Below, piece by piece: positions 18,722-29,600 of a stretch of 64,000 nucleotides of DNA; positions within the stretch are counted from its first letter, which is position 1, and every line of letters begins with the position of its first letter. The position numbers and the translations under genes were made by a program. The notes below the pieces were generated by a model, which saw only the letters and a list, made by a program, of their open reading frames with translations, did not search any database and had not been told where the DNA came from. The DNA lies in IMG/VR virus record IMGVR_UViG_3300010430_000004, positions 104,537 to 168,536 of that record; one strand, 5' to 3'. The stretch comes from a virus.

Positions 18722-19190
18722 TACACATATTTATTTTTGGGGAGGGATATACTCTCAATGGGCTAAGGTAAAGTTTAATGATGGAGAGAAAGAATTTTCA
18801 TCTGCTGAACAATACATGATGTATAGAAAAGCAGTAACTTTTAATGATTTAGAAGCTGCTGAAAAAATTATGAAAACCAACGACCCTAAGAAACAAAAAG
18901 CTATTGGAAGAACTGTAAAAAACTTTGACCCTGATGTTTGGTCTAATATGAGCCTAGCAGTGGTTACTCTAGGAAACTTTTTTAAATTTAGCCAAAACCC
19001 TAAATTGTATAAAGAATTGTTAGCTACTGGTGATAAGACTATAGTAGAGGGCTCTCCCTATGATAAGATTTGGGGAGTTGGGTTAGCATGGGATGATCCT
19101 AAGATTTTAGACGAAGCTAACTGGGATGGCCAAAATTTACTAGGCATAGCTATTATGGAAACTAGGTTCCTTTTAAGAGAGGTTGCATGA
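18708..19190 (+). CDS. NADAR family ADP-ribosyl hydrolase (YbiA-like)
   Basis: SQW, SAEQYMMYRKA..F.D, KAIGRTV, KFSQN, EGSPYDKIWGVG, GQNLLG; TTG start after GGAG. Confidence 0.92.
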   Translation: MKVTDTHIYFWGGIYSQWAKVKFNDGEKEFSSAEQYMMYRKAVTFNDLEAAEKIMKTNDPKKQKAIGRTVKNFDPDVWSNMSLAVVTLGNFFKFSQNPKLYKELLATGDKTIVEGSPYDKIWGVGLAWDDPKILDEANWDGQNLLGIAIMETRFLLREVA

Positions 19191-19477
19191 GAAATTTAAT
19201 AGCTGTTCTTAGACTGTGCATTACAGTAGCCTTAGCAATGTCTGCTTACAAGTATGGAAAAATTGAAGGACGTAGAGAAGGAAGAGCCCAGGGCGCATAC
19301 GATGGTATGAAATGGGGCAATGAAATGCTTAAGAAAGAAAAAAGAATCAAAGAAAATGAAATCGAAATCCTTGAAAAGGTTATAGAAAAATGCGACCTAC
19401 CAGAGTCCCATGGTCTTGGTCCGGTAGAAACTGCGAGCCTTGATATTTATAAGAATATAGGAGAATATAATGAGTGA
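19187..19477 (+). CDS. membrane-anchored small protein
   Basis: N-terminal TM then GxxEG repeats. Confidence 0.6.
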   Translation: MRNLIAVLRLCITVALAMSAYKYGKIEGRREGRAQGAYDGMKWGNEMLKKEKRIKENEIEILEKVIEKCDLPESHGLGPVETASLDIYKNIGEYNE

Positions 19478-20396
19478 TCCAAATGATATCTGGGAAGACG
19501 AAGGTTCTGACAGAGAATATATGACTGAAGAAGAATACGAAGCCGTAGCAAACGGTCAGTATATTGATGAGGGTTATCAAGAAGTTTACGAAGATGATCC
19601 TAACAATTTCATGGATGTATATGAAGAAGAATACGAAGATATGGAAGATGAAGAGCTTCAAGCAAAAACTGATGAAGTTCTTGATGGTGCTCTTATACGT
19701 CTTGAGCAAGGCCGCTTATATAAAATGATTATGGAAACCATAGACGGTGGAATGTTTGAAGATACTGGATGCGATGAGCGTTCTATCAAAAATGTTGAGC
19801 GTGAGATGAAAGCGTTTATTATGAGTCGCCTAGAAGTTCTTCTTGGCATTCGTAAGAAAGCTGCAAAGAAAGTAAAAGTTGTTCGTGAAAAACAAGAAAA
19901 TCAACTAAGTGACGTTGAAGTAGCTGTTATTAAAAAATTAACAAACACTGCTATCCAAAAGTCTGGCATTAAACCAGTAAGTGGGAATAGCGGATCACTT
20001 AAAAAGGTTGGAGCGCCTAAACAAGCGCCTAAACCTCAACCAAAAGCTGCTGCACCTGCTCCAAAGCCTAAGCCTAAGAGAAGAAAAAAGGCAACTAAAT
20101 CAGCAGCGCCTAAGAAAAAGGTTAGAAGAAAAACTAGAAAATCATCCAAATCCTTTGCTGACATGACAGACGAAGAAAAACTGGCTAGAAATCAGGAAGT
20201 TAGTGATAGACAAGCTAGAAATAAGGTAAAATACGATGGGGTGCCAACAGCACCAGGCTCACCAGCACCACTTCCACCTCCAACAGGAGATGAAATGGCA
20301 ATGTACCATCAACAACAGGCTCAACAAATGCCAAATGGAACCGATCTTAAAGGAAATTTAACCCAACACATACTTAACGCGTTGAATAAGAAATAG
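19470..20396 (+). CDS. low-complexity protein with acidic N-terminus and Lys/Pro-rich middle
   Basis: Composition read from translation; AGGAG RBS. Confidence 0.8.
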   Translation: MSDPNDIWEDEGSDREYMTEEEYEAVANGQYIDEGYQEVYEDDPNNFMDVYEEEYEDMEDEELQAKTDEVLDGALIRLEQGRLYKMIMETIDGGMFEDTGCDERSIKNVEREMKAFIMSRLEVLLGIRKKAAKKVKVVREKQENQLSDVEVAVIKKLTNTAIQKSGIKPVSGNSGSLKKVGAPKQAPKPQPKAAAPAPKPKPKRRKKATKSAAPKKKVRRKTRKSSKSFADMTDEEKLARNQEVSDRQARNKVKYDGVPTAPGSPAPLPPPTGDEMAMYHQQQAQQMPNGTDLKGNLTQHILNALNKK

Positions 20397-20404
20397 GAGA
20401 GACA

Positions 20405-20899
20405 ATGCAAAGCAATAAACCAAAAATATCTGAGAGAGTAGAAGCCCTTGAATTATCTGTAGAAAATTTAAGTGCAGCAAATTTAGGTATGGCGCAAGCT
20501 CTAGAAAATCAAAGAAGAGTAGTTGTTTCTCTGGCTGAAAAGATGGATGCTATTTTTTATCTATCTAGTGCTAACCAGCCCATTACAGAAGAAGCAGTTG
20601 ACGCTAGAGTAATTGATTTAAAAGAAAAAGAGCTTAAAGCTGAAACTGAGCAAGCATTAACTAATGGCGACATTAAACCAGCAAAAGTTGTGGGAAATCA
20701 AAGCTTTGTGGTTGTTCGTGAGTTAGATAAAGATACGAAAAAAGTCATTCAACCTAGAGCACAAATTGCTTTAGCTTATATGCCTGATGAAGTTAAAGAT
20801 GACTTCCTTGGAAAAAAGAAAGGTGACAAAATCGAAAATGGAAACGTAATTATTGAAATTATTGAAGTTTATGATTTTGTTAAACCTGAAGGTAAATAA
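20405..20899 (+). CDS. coiled-coil + degenerate FKBP/GreA-C-like domain protein
   Basis: FLGKKKGDKIE...IEIIEVY; resembles 49913..50521. Confidence 0.6.
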   Translation: MQSNKPKISERVEALELSVENLSAANLGMAQALENQRRVVVSLAEKMDAIFYLSSANQPITEEAVDARVIDLKEKELKAETEQALTNGDIKPAKVVGNQSFVVVRELDKDTKKVIQPRAQIALAYMPDEVKDDFLGKKKGDKIENGNVIIEIIEVYDFVKPEGK

Positions 20900-20928
20900 G
20901 GGTAATCTTTACCTTAAAGGGAGCTTAT

Positions 20929-22134
20929 ATGAGTATTAAAAATTATACAGAAAAAGAAATAGCGTATATCATTAATTCTAAAGACACCAAAGACTGGACT
21001 TGGAATGAACTAGCTGAGAAGTACAACAAGAAGTTTAATCAAGATCGTTCACCTGAAACTATTAGAGAGTGTTATAAACGCTACGTTCATCTGTATAATG
21101 ATGATCAGTTTGTGGTCAAACAATTACGAACAGTAGCAAATACTAAGAAAAATTCAGCCCTAAAAGCTAAAGAAAACCGCGTAATTCTCGAAAGGCTTAA
21201 TACTCTTGAAGAAATTCTAGAAGTTACCAAAAATGCTGCTCGTGAAATTATTAAAGATATTCCTAAAAAGTCAAAATTTAAACCTCTTAAATCTAAGAAA
21301 CGTCTAATGACTAAGGAATTATTGCTGTCGGATATTCATTTTGGCAAATTAACTGCTACTTTTAATTTAGAAGTATTGCACAGGCGACTAGATGAAGTTG
21401 TTCGTGCTACTCTACACGAGATTGAAAGAGACAGCAAAGAATATGCTGTAGAAAGACTGATTATCCCTATACTAGGAGACATTATTGAGTCTGATACTAT
21501 GCACGGACCAGAAAGTTCTAAGGGTTGTGAATTTGGCAATTCTAGGCAAATATACGAAGCACAGATTGGCTTGTTCAAGCACGTTGCTAAACCTATTTTA
21601 GACTACTGCCATGATAAGGGTATTTTTGTAGAATTTGTTATGGTTACTGGAAATCACGACCGGACTGAAGAAAAAAGAACCTTTAATGATCCAGGGGAAG
21701 ACAATGTTACTTATATTATTTACAATACCCTTAAAGATTATATTGAACTTGCTGGCTATAATAATGTATCTTTTGACATACCTAGTGGGCCTTGGGCTAT
21801 TACTAGCATTTATGGCTCTACTGTTATGTATGAACATTACGATAACGCCGCTAATGACTCTCGTAAAGCGTTAGAAACATTGATGACCAAAAGAGCAACG
21901 AACAATATTAAGAAAATTATTCATTTTATGAGGGGTGGACATTTTCACAATACTACTTCTTATGACAACAACCGCATCCAAATCAACGGTTCTTTCCCTG
22001 GAAACGATTCTTACTCTAGCATACTAGGTTTTGATTCTCCAGCTGCTCAGACTCTTAATAGTTATGTTAAAACTTCTAGAAGAAGCAACAGCTTTTATAG
22101 AACCTTTGTTATTCAACTAGAAGACGTAAAATGA
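20929..22134 (+). CDS. HTH + metallophosphoesterase (putative exonuclease)
   Basis: N-terminal WNELAEKYN helix-turn-helix; LSDIHFG, GDIIE, GNHDR, GHFH. Confidence 0.85.
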   Translation: MSIKNYTEKEIAYIINSKDTKDWTWNELAEKYNKKFNQDRSPETIRECYKRYVHLYNDDQFVVKQLRTVANTKKNSALKAKENRVILERLNTLEEILEVTKNAAREIIKDIPKKSKFKPLKSKKRLMTKELLLSDIHFGKLTATFNLEVLHRRLDEVVRATLHEIERDSKEYAVERLIIPILGDIIESDTMHGPESSKGCEFGNSRQIYEAQIGLFKHVAKPILDYCHDKGIFVEFVMVTGNHDRTEEKRTFNDPGEDNVTYIIYNTLKDYIELAGYNNVSFDIPSGPWAITSIYGSTVMYEHYDNAANDSRKALETLMTKRATNNIKKIIHFMRGGHFHNTTSYDNNRIQINGSFPGNDSYSSILGFDSPAAQTLNSYVKTSRRSNSFYRTFVIQLEDVK

Positions 22135-22385
22135 TAGTAAAGTCCAGTCACCTAGCTCTTAGATTTTATAAAAATGATGGCTGGACTATGGCCCTTTTAT
22201 CTGAGTGTTTAGAGAAAGGCTCTGCTATAGAATTTTGCCCAGGTATTGGTCTGGAATATTACAGATTAGAAGTGGGCTCACGACTAGACCTTGACAAGCT
22301 AATGCCTCATGTAACCAATGTTCAGAATTGGAGAAACGAGTTAATTGGCCCTTCCAGAGAATATATAGACAAAATGATGTGGTAA
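22131..22385 (+). CDS. hypothetical protein
   Basis: ATGA coupling. Confidence 0.6.
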   Translation: MIVKSSHLALRFYKNDGWTMALLSECLEKGSAIEFCPGIGLEYYRLEVGSRLDLDKLMPHVTNVQNWRNELIGPSREYIDKMMW

Positions 22386-22414
22386 TCTCCGATACTTAAT
22401 AGTATGGAGGTTAT

Positions 22415-22771
22415 ATGTCAGCAAATTCTAAAAGATCAAATAAATTATACAACTATTTAGTCAACACTTTTGGTTTAAACAAAGAGACTATTCTAGAATA
22501 TGTAGACAACCGTGTACAGGATCTATTGCCAAAGCATATAGACAATAAAATAAACTCTTCAAAAATGGAATATATGATACTTGGCACTGTATCTAATATT
22601 ATAAATAAAGGCTTTGGCGAGCATTCTCCCTACTATGATAGGAGAGTGGCTTTTGATAAATATGTTAAAAAATGTATAAGAGAAGAAGTAATTAAAATTG
22701 TCAAAGAAACTAAGGAAATAGAAGTCAAGCTAATAGACAAAGATACTTCAACAATACGTAGGGCGGATTAA
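22415..22771 (+). CDS. hypothetical protein
   Basis: GGAGG RBS; CGATACT motif upstream. Confidence 0.7.
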   Translation: MSANSKRSNKLYNYLVNTFGLNKETILEYVDNRVQDLLPKHIDNKINSSKMEYMILGTVSNIINKGFGEHSPYYDRRVAFDKYVKKCIREEVIKIVKETKEIEVKLIDKDTSTIRRAD

Positions 22772-23055
22772 TGCAACATACCCTTAAAATTAATTTAAGT
22801 TATCTTATATATAATCTAAACGCTGAAATGCTGGATACAGATTATTATATTCCATATACTGAAGAAGATGCTAAAATTGTAGATAATTTTAGTGAAGTTT
22901 TTAATAGAGCAGTTTTTCTTAAAAAGAAGAATGAAAAACGTCACGCTCTTGAGCAAACCTTTATACAAATGAAAGAAATGTTAAAAGAAAATGACAGTAG
23001 AGGAGCTTTTGAGCTTCTTGAAAGGTTTTCAAAATTAGGAGAAGAAAATGATTAA
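22771..23055 (+). CDS. hypothetical protein
   Basis: TAATG coupling. Confidence 0.65.
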   Translation: MQHTLKINLSYLIYNLNAEMLDTDYYIPYTEEDAKIVDNFSEVFNRAVFLKKKNEKRHALEQTFIQMKEMLKENDSRGAFELLERFSKLGEEND

Positions 23056-23281
23056 AGTCGGAATGGTGCTTATGTGCATCCTTAATATAAACTATACAGA
23101 ATACCCACTTAGATTAAAAAACGTACCAGTAAAAGTGTTGCACATCACCAATGACCAGAAGGCCCTTGTTAGATATGACCTTAAAACTGTATCATCGGTA
23201 GAATATAGTGGTGGACCACAGCTAGAAGTTTTTCATGTAGAAGACCTTAAGGGCGATTACATGAAGTGTAAGGGTAAATAA
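23048..23281 (+). CDS. hypothetical protein
   Basis: AGGAG RBS. Confidence 0.6.
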   Translation: MIKVGMVLMCILNINYTEYPLRLKNVPVKVLHITNDQKALVRYDLKTVSSVEYSGGPQLEVFHVEDLKGDYMKCKGK

Positions 23282-24049
23282 TTGAGTCGGATATGGGACA
23301 ATGAAGCAGCACTAGCAAACGAACTAATCCTATGGTTAACCAAAGAGGGTTGGGTGGTTCATCAAGAAGTCCAACTTACTGGTTCTGGAAGAACAGTAGA
23401 TATTGTTGCTGAAAAGGATAATAAGCTTTGGGCCATTGAATGTAAGAATACCTTTACGGAAAGTGTTCTGGATCAGTGTTATTTACATACGCCTAACTTT
23501 CATTATATCTCTTGTGCAGTTCCTGGATATCGTAGAAGCTATCGCTATTCTAGTTCACAAAAAGAAACATCTTTTGTTAAAGAGCACTTTCTAAGATGCC
23601 ACGGAATAGGTCTGATTAGAGTGGGTGAAAGACAAAGAAAAAATTCACTAAACGTCCATGAAGAAATCAAGCCAGAATATCAGAGGATGTTTAAAAAGAA
23701 CACAACAATGAAGCTTTTTCTTACTCGTATAAAAAAGATAAGAGCTAAGTTTCACGAATTGCACCAGACAGCAACCGCTGGTGCCACAGGTGGACAAGTA
23801 ACGGACTATAAGGTTTCCATGTACAACCTTAGAGAGTACCTTAAAGATCACGACCTCGTAGATCCTCTGGCAGTAGCCAAGATTGTAGAGCATCATTATA
23901 GAAAGCCTCACCTATTTAAGGCCGCGATATTAAGAGGCATAGACAACGGCTGGATTCCTGGCGTAGTAAAAGAAATAGTTGGTCGAAAAGCTCATATAAA
24001 ATTCTTAAAAGAAGAATACAATACAGATGGTTCTCCCATAAATCCATAA
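23282..24049 (+). CDS. PD-(D/E)XK nuclease-family protein
   Basis: QEV...VDIVA...AIECK...Q pattern. Confidence 0.7.
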   Translation: MSRIWDNEAALANELILWLTKEGWVVHQEVQLTGSGRTVDIVAEKDNKLWAIECKNTFTESVLDQCYLHTPNFHYISCAVPGYRRSYRYSSSQKETSFVKEHFLRCHGIGLIRVGERQRKNSLNVHEEIKPEYQRMFKKNTTMKLFLTRIKKIRAKFHELHQTATAGATGGQVTDYKVSMYNLREYLKDHDLVDPLAVAKIVEHHYRKPHLFKAAILRGIDNGWIPGVVKEIVGRKAHIKFLKEEYNTDGSPINP

Positions 24050-24100
24050 AATACCTATAAAATTTCCAAAAACATGATCAGTTTGTGATATTATAATACA

Positions 24101-24484
24101 ATGGATCATCTTATAACACGATCAGACAGACTTAAGAAAAAGTTAGAAGACTTAGATTTTGAAATGTATGCTGCTAAAGCTAAAATGGATAGAGCTAGAA
24201 TTAATAAAAATTACTATAAATATATGGTGATTTCTTCTGAAAAAAATCTTGCAGAATTGTCTAGGGATAACATTACAGTTAATATGAGAGAGTTTGCTAA
24301 GATACGCAAAGAGTTAGCAATGGCTCGCGAAAGGCTTGCTCACTTTCTCATGGAGTATAGTAATCATGTACGATTTCTAGAAGCTGCTATACCTCGTTAT
24401 GAAGCCATGAAAATGGAATACGACGATATTATTAACCAGTTACAGAATAGAAAAGTAATATTACTGTTCAAGAGGAAAACGTGA
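24101..24484 (+). CDS. coiled-coil protein, probably leaderless
   Basis: No SD; TGATATT starts 15 nt before the ATG. Confidence 0.7.
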   Translation: MDHLITRSDRLKKKLEDLDFEMYAAKAKMDRARINKNYYKYMVISSEKNLAELSRDNITVNMREFAKIRKELAMARERLAHFLMEYSNHVRFLEAAIPRYEAMKMEYDDIINQLQNRKVILLFKRKT

Positions 24485-24699
24485 AAGACGAAGAGATTAG
24501 GAAAAAAATTGAAAATGACCCTGATTACATCTATAATCCTAAGATGGGTAATTCTCTTAAAAAAATGGTAGACAGATATCCAGATGGCATTGAGGATGAA
24601 AAGATAGCCAAAGTCCTTTGCATGGATATTGAAGAAATGAACAACATCTACGAATCTATTCTGGTTAAATTAAGAAAAGTATTAAAGGTGGAGGGCTAA
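24481..24699 (+). CDS. stand-alone sigma factor region 4-like HTH protein
   Basis: DEKIAKVLCMDIEEMNNIYESILVKLRK matches the sigma4.2 pattern (EIA..L......V..I....L.KLR). Confidence 0.6.
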   Translation: MKDEEIRKKIENDPDYIYNPKMGNSLKKMVDRYPDGIEDEKIAKVLCMDIEEMNNIYESILVKLRKVLKVEG

Positions 24700-25206
24700 A
24701 TGGCTGGTGCAATCGCAGGAATAGCTTTGGTATTGTTTTTATTTTTAGGATTACCATTAGCTTTATATAGAGATACTATAGATTCTCAAAGAAAAGCATT
24801 AAGAGATTTAATGAATGAGAGAAATAAAATCATTGAAAGCTCAAAGGTAGATATTCTAGTTGAGCTAAAAAAAGGAAACGATTTAACTGAATCTGTAGAA
24901 TCTTATAGAGATATTTCGTACAATATATATAGCAGAAGAAGATATACAGTCTCTGCTATAGAAAGAGCTAAAAGAATTGTTAGTGGCTGGAGTGAAGCCC
25001 AGGCAGTAACTATAACTTCTAGTAATGACAGAAAAATATTCCCAATGCACAGAGTATCAAAAATTATTATTTGTGAATCCAATGTTCTTAAATGGGAAGA
25101 TGCTTACAAAGATACTGATGAATTTAAGGAAAGATTAGAAGAAATTCTAGAGAAAAAACACGCAAAGAAACTTTTCGACAAGGTATATAAAGGAAAAGTT
25201 ATATGA
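24700..25206 (+). CDS. membrane-anchored hypothetical protein
   Basis: N-terminal TM; GGAGG RBS. Confidence 0.7.
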   Translation: MAGAIAGIALVLFLFLGLPLALYRDTIDSQRKALRDLMNERNKIIESSKVDILVELKKGNDLTESVESYRDISYNIYSRRRYTVSAIERAKRIVSGWSEAQAVTITSSNDRKIFPMHRVSKIIICESNVLKWEDAYKDTDEFKERLEEILEKKHAKKLFDKVYKGKVI

Positions 25207-25832
25207 ATATATTAGTATGGGATACTGAGACTGGTGGATTAGACGCTGGAGTGCATAGTCTGCTTACTGCCTATTTTGCTATTATTGACTCTAAAACTTT
25301 TGAGGTTAAGGCCGAGCTTAATTTAAAACTAAAGCCAAATGATGGTAAGTATAATCTTACTCCAAAGGCTATGGAAATTAATGGAATTGACATTGATAAG
25401 CACGACAAGGAAGCCATCACTTATGCTGAAGGCAATAAGATTTTGGTTAAGTTTTTAAATGATAACAAGATTAAAGGCAAACGAATTCACTATTACCCTA
25501 TGGGGCAAAACATTGGCTTTGATATTGATATGATTCAGGCGTATATCCTTTCAAAAGAAGAATACAAGAAGTGTGGAATCCATTATATTGAAATGGACAC
25601 AGCAGGAATAGCCCACTTTCTAAAAGTCATTGGTATATTCCCTGATCATCTCCAGCTTAATCTGGGTAAATTAGTAGATCACCTTAACCTTCCAAAGCGT
25701 AATGCCCACGAAGCCAAAGATGACGTTTTGATGACTATTGACGTTTTTAAAGGTTTAGTAAATATGTTCAGAGATAAAAAAGATTCTGCTTCTTCTCTAA
25801 AAACTAAGCTTATTTTAGGAAGCATTGAATAG
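25203..25832 (+). CDS. DEDDh 3'-5' exonuclease (DnaQ-like)
   Basis: WDTETGG, GQNIGFD, HEAKDD. Confidence 0.9.
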   Translation: MNILVWDTETGGLDAGVHSLLTAYFAIIDSKTFEVKAELNLKLKPNDGKYNLTPKAMEINGIDIDKHDKEAITYAEGNKILVKFLNDNKIKGKRIHYYPMGQNIGFDIDMIQAYILSKEEYKKCGIHYIEMDTAGIAHFLKVIGIFPDHLQLNLGKLVDHLNLPKRNAHEAKDDVLMTIDVFKGLVNMFRDKKDSASSLKTKLILGSIE

Positions 25833-25842
25833 TAAAAAAGAC

Positions 25843-25871
25843 TAGCTTTCTTCGATAATTCATGTTATATT
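25843..25871 (+). promoter_or_regulatory. class I promoter
   Basis: TAGCTT-17-TATATT. Confidence 0.85.
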
Positions 25872-25888
25872 AAAACAAAGGAGAAATT

Positions 25889-26236
25889 ATGACACTATTC
25901 GATCTTGAACGCGAACATATATTAAATACCCTAGTTACTACTGGGTGGAGAATGGAAGAAACTGCCAATTCTTTAGGCGTAAGTACTTCAACTCTAAAAG
26001 CAAAATTAAAAATACACAATATTCCATATACAGATGAAGAAAAATGCAAGACAATTATAGCTGGCATTAATAGAATGAAATTGAGTGCCATTCGAGTATT
26101 TTTAAGTTCTATGAATACTAAAACTCTCAGAGAAGTTTTGGAATTTGCTGAGTCAAATTATGACAACAGAACGTATTGTACCTTTTTTAAACACAAACCA
26201 TTTTTATTGTTAGTAGATGAGTTGAAGGCTAGATAA
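25889..26236 (+). CDS. Fis-family HTH protein
   Basis: LFDLEREHILNTL...EETANSLGVSTSTLKAKLK. Confidence 0.8.
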   Translation: MTLFDLEREHILNTLVTTGWRMEETANSLGVSTSTLKAKLKIHNIPYTDEEKCKTIIAGINRMKLSAIRVFLSSMNTKTLREVLEFAESNYDNRTYCTFFKHKPFLLLVDELKAR

Positions 26237-26673
26237 TGTTTTTAGTATATTTAGTGTTTCTTCATTTTATTGCAGACTTTATTCTTCAAAGCAGAGAAAT
26301 GGGTCAAAAGAAAAGCAAAGAGCTTAAATGGTGGAGCTTGCACGTAGGTATCCAATTTTTAGTTTTTCTTTTCGGAATATGGATATTTAAAGGCCCAGAT
26401 TATGCTCTAGTATTTGCTCTATGGAACGCTCTCTTTCATGGAATGGTAGACGCTGTTATTTGGAATCTGTATGGCATTTCTGTATTTTATAGAGAATATA
26501 AAGGAAATATTCATCCTTCAGGAAGTGTAGCAGATGAAATACATAAAGAAGAGTATAAAAATAAATTAAAGAAAAATTGGAAATACTGGGAAGATCATTT
26601 ATTCTATACTACCATAGGCTTTGATCAGCTTCTTCATATCGCAACGATATTATTATTGGTGGAGAACCTATGA
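26236..26673 (+). CDS. DUF3307-like membrane protein
   Basis: HFIADFILQ, H..VD, DQLLH. Confidence 0.75.
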   Translation: MFLVYLVFLHFIADFILQSREMGQKKSKELKWWSLHVGIQFLVFLFGIWIFKGPDYALVFALWNALFHGMVDAVIWNLYGISVFYREYKGNIHPSGSVADEIHKEEYKNKLKKNWKYWEDHLFYTTIGFDQLLHIATILLLVENL

Positions 26674-29600
26674 GCCCTATGAAATCTTTTATTAGCCCTC
26701 ACACTCATTGTGAAACATCAATGACTGGCTCTACTATTGCCAAAATGGTTAAGCGAGCAGTTGAGCTAGAGCGTAGTCATTTCTCATATACAGATCACAA
26801 TACTTTTTCTGGACTATATAAGGCTTACAATGCCTCTAAAGAAAGCGGTCTAGGCTTTGTTCCAGGAGTAGAGTTGTATTTCATGGACAATCAATGTGAA
26901 ACTATAGCCAATACAGATTCTCAATTTTTTAAGTACTTCAAAACTACTGTTTATTTTAAAGATCAAGAGGCTTTCCAAGCAGTAGCAAATATTACCAGAA
27001 GAGAACGTCCAACTTCAGACATTCGTGGTGAACAGCAAAAACTATATAACTGGCAGGATCTAAAAGATATTGCTGAATTGAATACAGTTTTTGCCACCTC
27101 TGATATGCAGGATCTGATTTCTAAAAATTTAATAGTTGGAAATACAAAATCTGCCCTAAATACTTACAAAAAATTAGTAAACATAGTAGGTAAGGACAGG
27201 CTATATGTTTCAATCATTGCCCACAAAGTAGATCGTACTTGGTTGCGTAAAGTCAAAGTTACTCTATTTAATGGTACTGAACTAATGCTAGATGACAATG
27301 ACAAGGTAGACTCTAATAGCTTTAAAAACGTAAACCCTATGGAACTACACACCCACTCTAATAAACACCATACCATTAAATCTATGACAATTAATGGTGT
27401 TTTTTATAACGTAAATCAAAGAGTGGAAAAGACAGAGCCAACTGAAGATTTTTATCCCATTGATGGCGATCTTGACCTCCAGAAAAGATCAAATAAGTTT
27501 ATGTATATGCTTGCTAAAAAGTTTGACCTTAAATGCTTAGTCAGTGATTATGCTTATTTTGCTGAAAAAGACGATAAAGTTGTTCAAAATATGAAGCTTG
27601 AGACTACAAAATTTGCCGCTGATTATTGTATGTTAAACAATGAAGAGGTTATTGATTACATGACTAATGTATTAGGCATTACGATAAAAGATGCTGAAGA
27701 AATGATGGCAAATACATTATCTTTTGCTAATCAGTTTAATGATTTCAAATTAGAATATGATTATCGATTACCTGAAGTGGGTGGAGATGCTTACCAAAAG
27801 ACTCTGGAAATCATTAAGTCTACTGGTCGAGCACACTTATTAAAAGACCCAGTGTATCGTGACCGTTTAAAACATGAATTTAAAATTTTAAAAGACAATG
27901 GCATACTTGATCTTTTGCCATACTTCTTGCCTATCAGAGACGTATTAAACTATTACAAAGATCAGGGAGAATTGACTGGCCCTAGCCGTGGAAGTGCTGG
28001 TGGATGCCTTCTTATGTATCTTATGGGTATTACTCAGTTAGATCCCATTCCCTATGATTTACCGTTTGAGCGTTTCTTTTCAATGGACCGTATAGAAAAC
28101 AACAACTTACCCGATGTAGATGTGGATTTGCCCCATAGAGAATTGCTGGTTGGAGATGATGGATATCTCACAAGGGTATATGGCAACAAATGGGCTCAAG
28201 TATCTACTAGATCTTTGCTTAAAATTAAAAGTGCGATTAAAGACGTTTCTCGTTACGTTAATGGTGGAAAAGTTACTGAAGAAGCTGAAAAAATTTCCAA
28301 AGCTTTGCCAGCTCCACCACAAGGGGTGAGTGGCCCAGACGCTGTTTTTGGTTTTGAAGATTCATCTGGAGCACACGTTCCAGGTTTATTGGAACAATCA
28401 GATACCCTTCAAGAATACGCACTAGCAAATCCTAGAGATTGGAATATTATAACCCATGCTCTTGGGGTACCTCGTCAGATATCTCGTCACGCTTCAGCTT
28501 TTATTATAGCTGATCAAGACCTAAACGAATTAGTACCTATGATGAGCATTAAAGAAGCTAATCGAGTAACCCAATGGGAAGCTGGAGAAGTAGAAGCCGC
28601 TGGTTTAATCAAATACGACTTTCTTTGTGTATCTCAATTAAAAGATATTGGAGATTGTCTTAAATATGTAAATGAAAAAAATAAAGACGCTTTTACTGCT
28701 GGAACTTTCACTCACAAAGATGTTGAAACTTATATATGGAACTTGCCAGTAGACCTTGAAGCCTATGCTGCTTTTTATGAAGGCAATACCGAAACCGTTT
28801 TCCAGTGTAACACCAAGAGTATGCTTCCTTTCGTTAAGCGTATTAAGCCTAAAAATATAATGGACCTAGCAACTATTCTAGCCCTTGTTCGTCCAGGGCC
28901 TCTAGATTTTATTGATCCTAAAACTAATAGATCAATGGCTGAAGAATATATGTGGAGAAGAGAAGGTAGATCACAACCAGACATTAAAGAGCTAGCTGAA
29001 TTGTTACCAGACACTTACGGTATTATTGTATTTCAGGAAGATATTACCAAAATCGCATCTAAGCTTGCCGGATTTTCTGGACCTGACGCTGAGAATCTTA
29101 GAAAATTTATGTGTAAGAAGAAAAAGAAAGCTATGATGATGATGAAACCTGCCTTTGTTGAAGGTGCCGTTAATAACGGACATACTGAAGAAGTAGCTAA
29201 CGCTATTTGGGATCAGATGGAAACTTTTGCAGCATACGGATTTTCTATCATTCACAGTGTTGGCTATGCTATGATAACCTATGCTTGCGTCTTTCTTAAG
29301 CACAACTATCCACTAGAATGGTGGGCTTCTGTTCTTTCCAATGCCAAGGATAAAGAGATCAATGAAGAACTTTGGAAGTATGTTAAAGATATGGTTGCTT
29401 CTCCTGACATTAACTTATCTAAAGAACATATAGTTATCGATTATAAAAATAACAAACTGCGTTCTAAATTATCAATGATTACTGGCCTTGGCGAAAAAGC
29501 TATCCAGCCAATTATGGAAGGTAGGCCCTACAAAGATATTAGAGACTTTGTTGATAAAGAAGTATGTGGAATGAGCATGACAAATAAATTAGCCTATATT

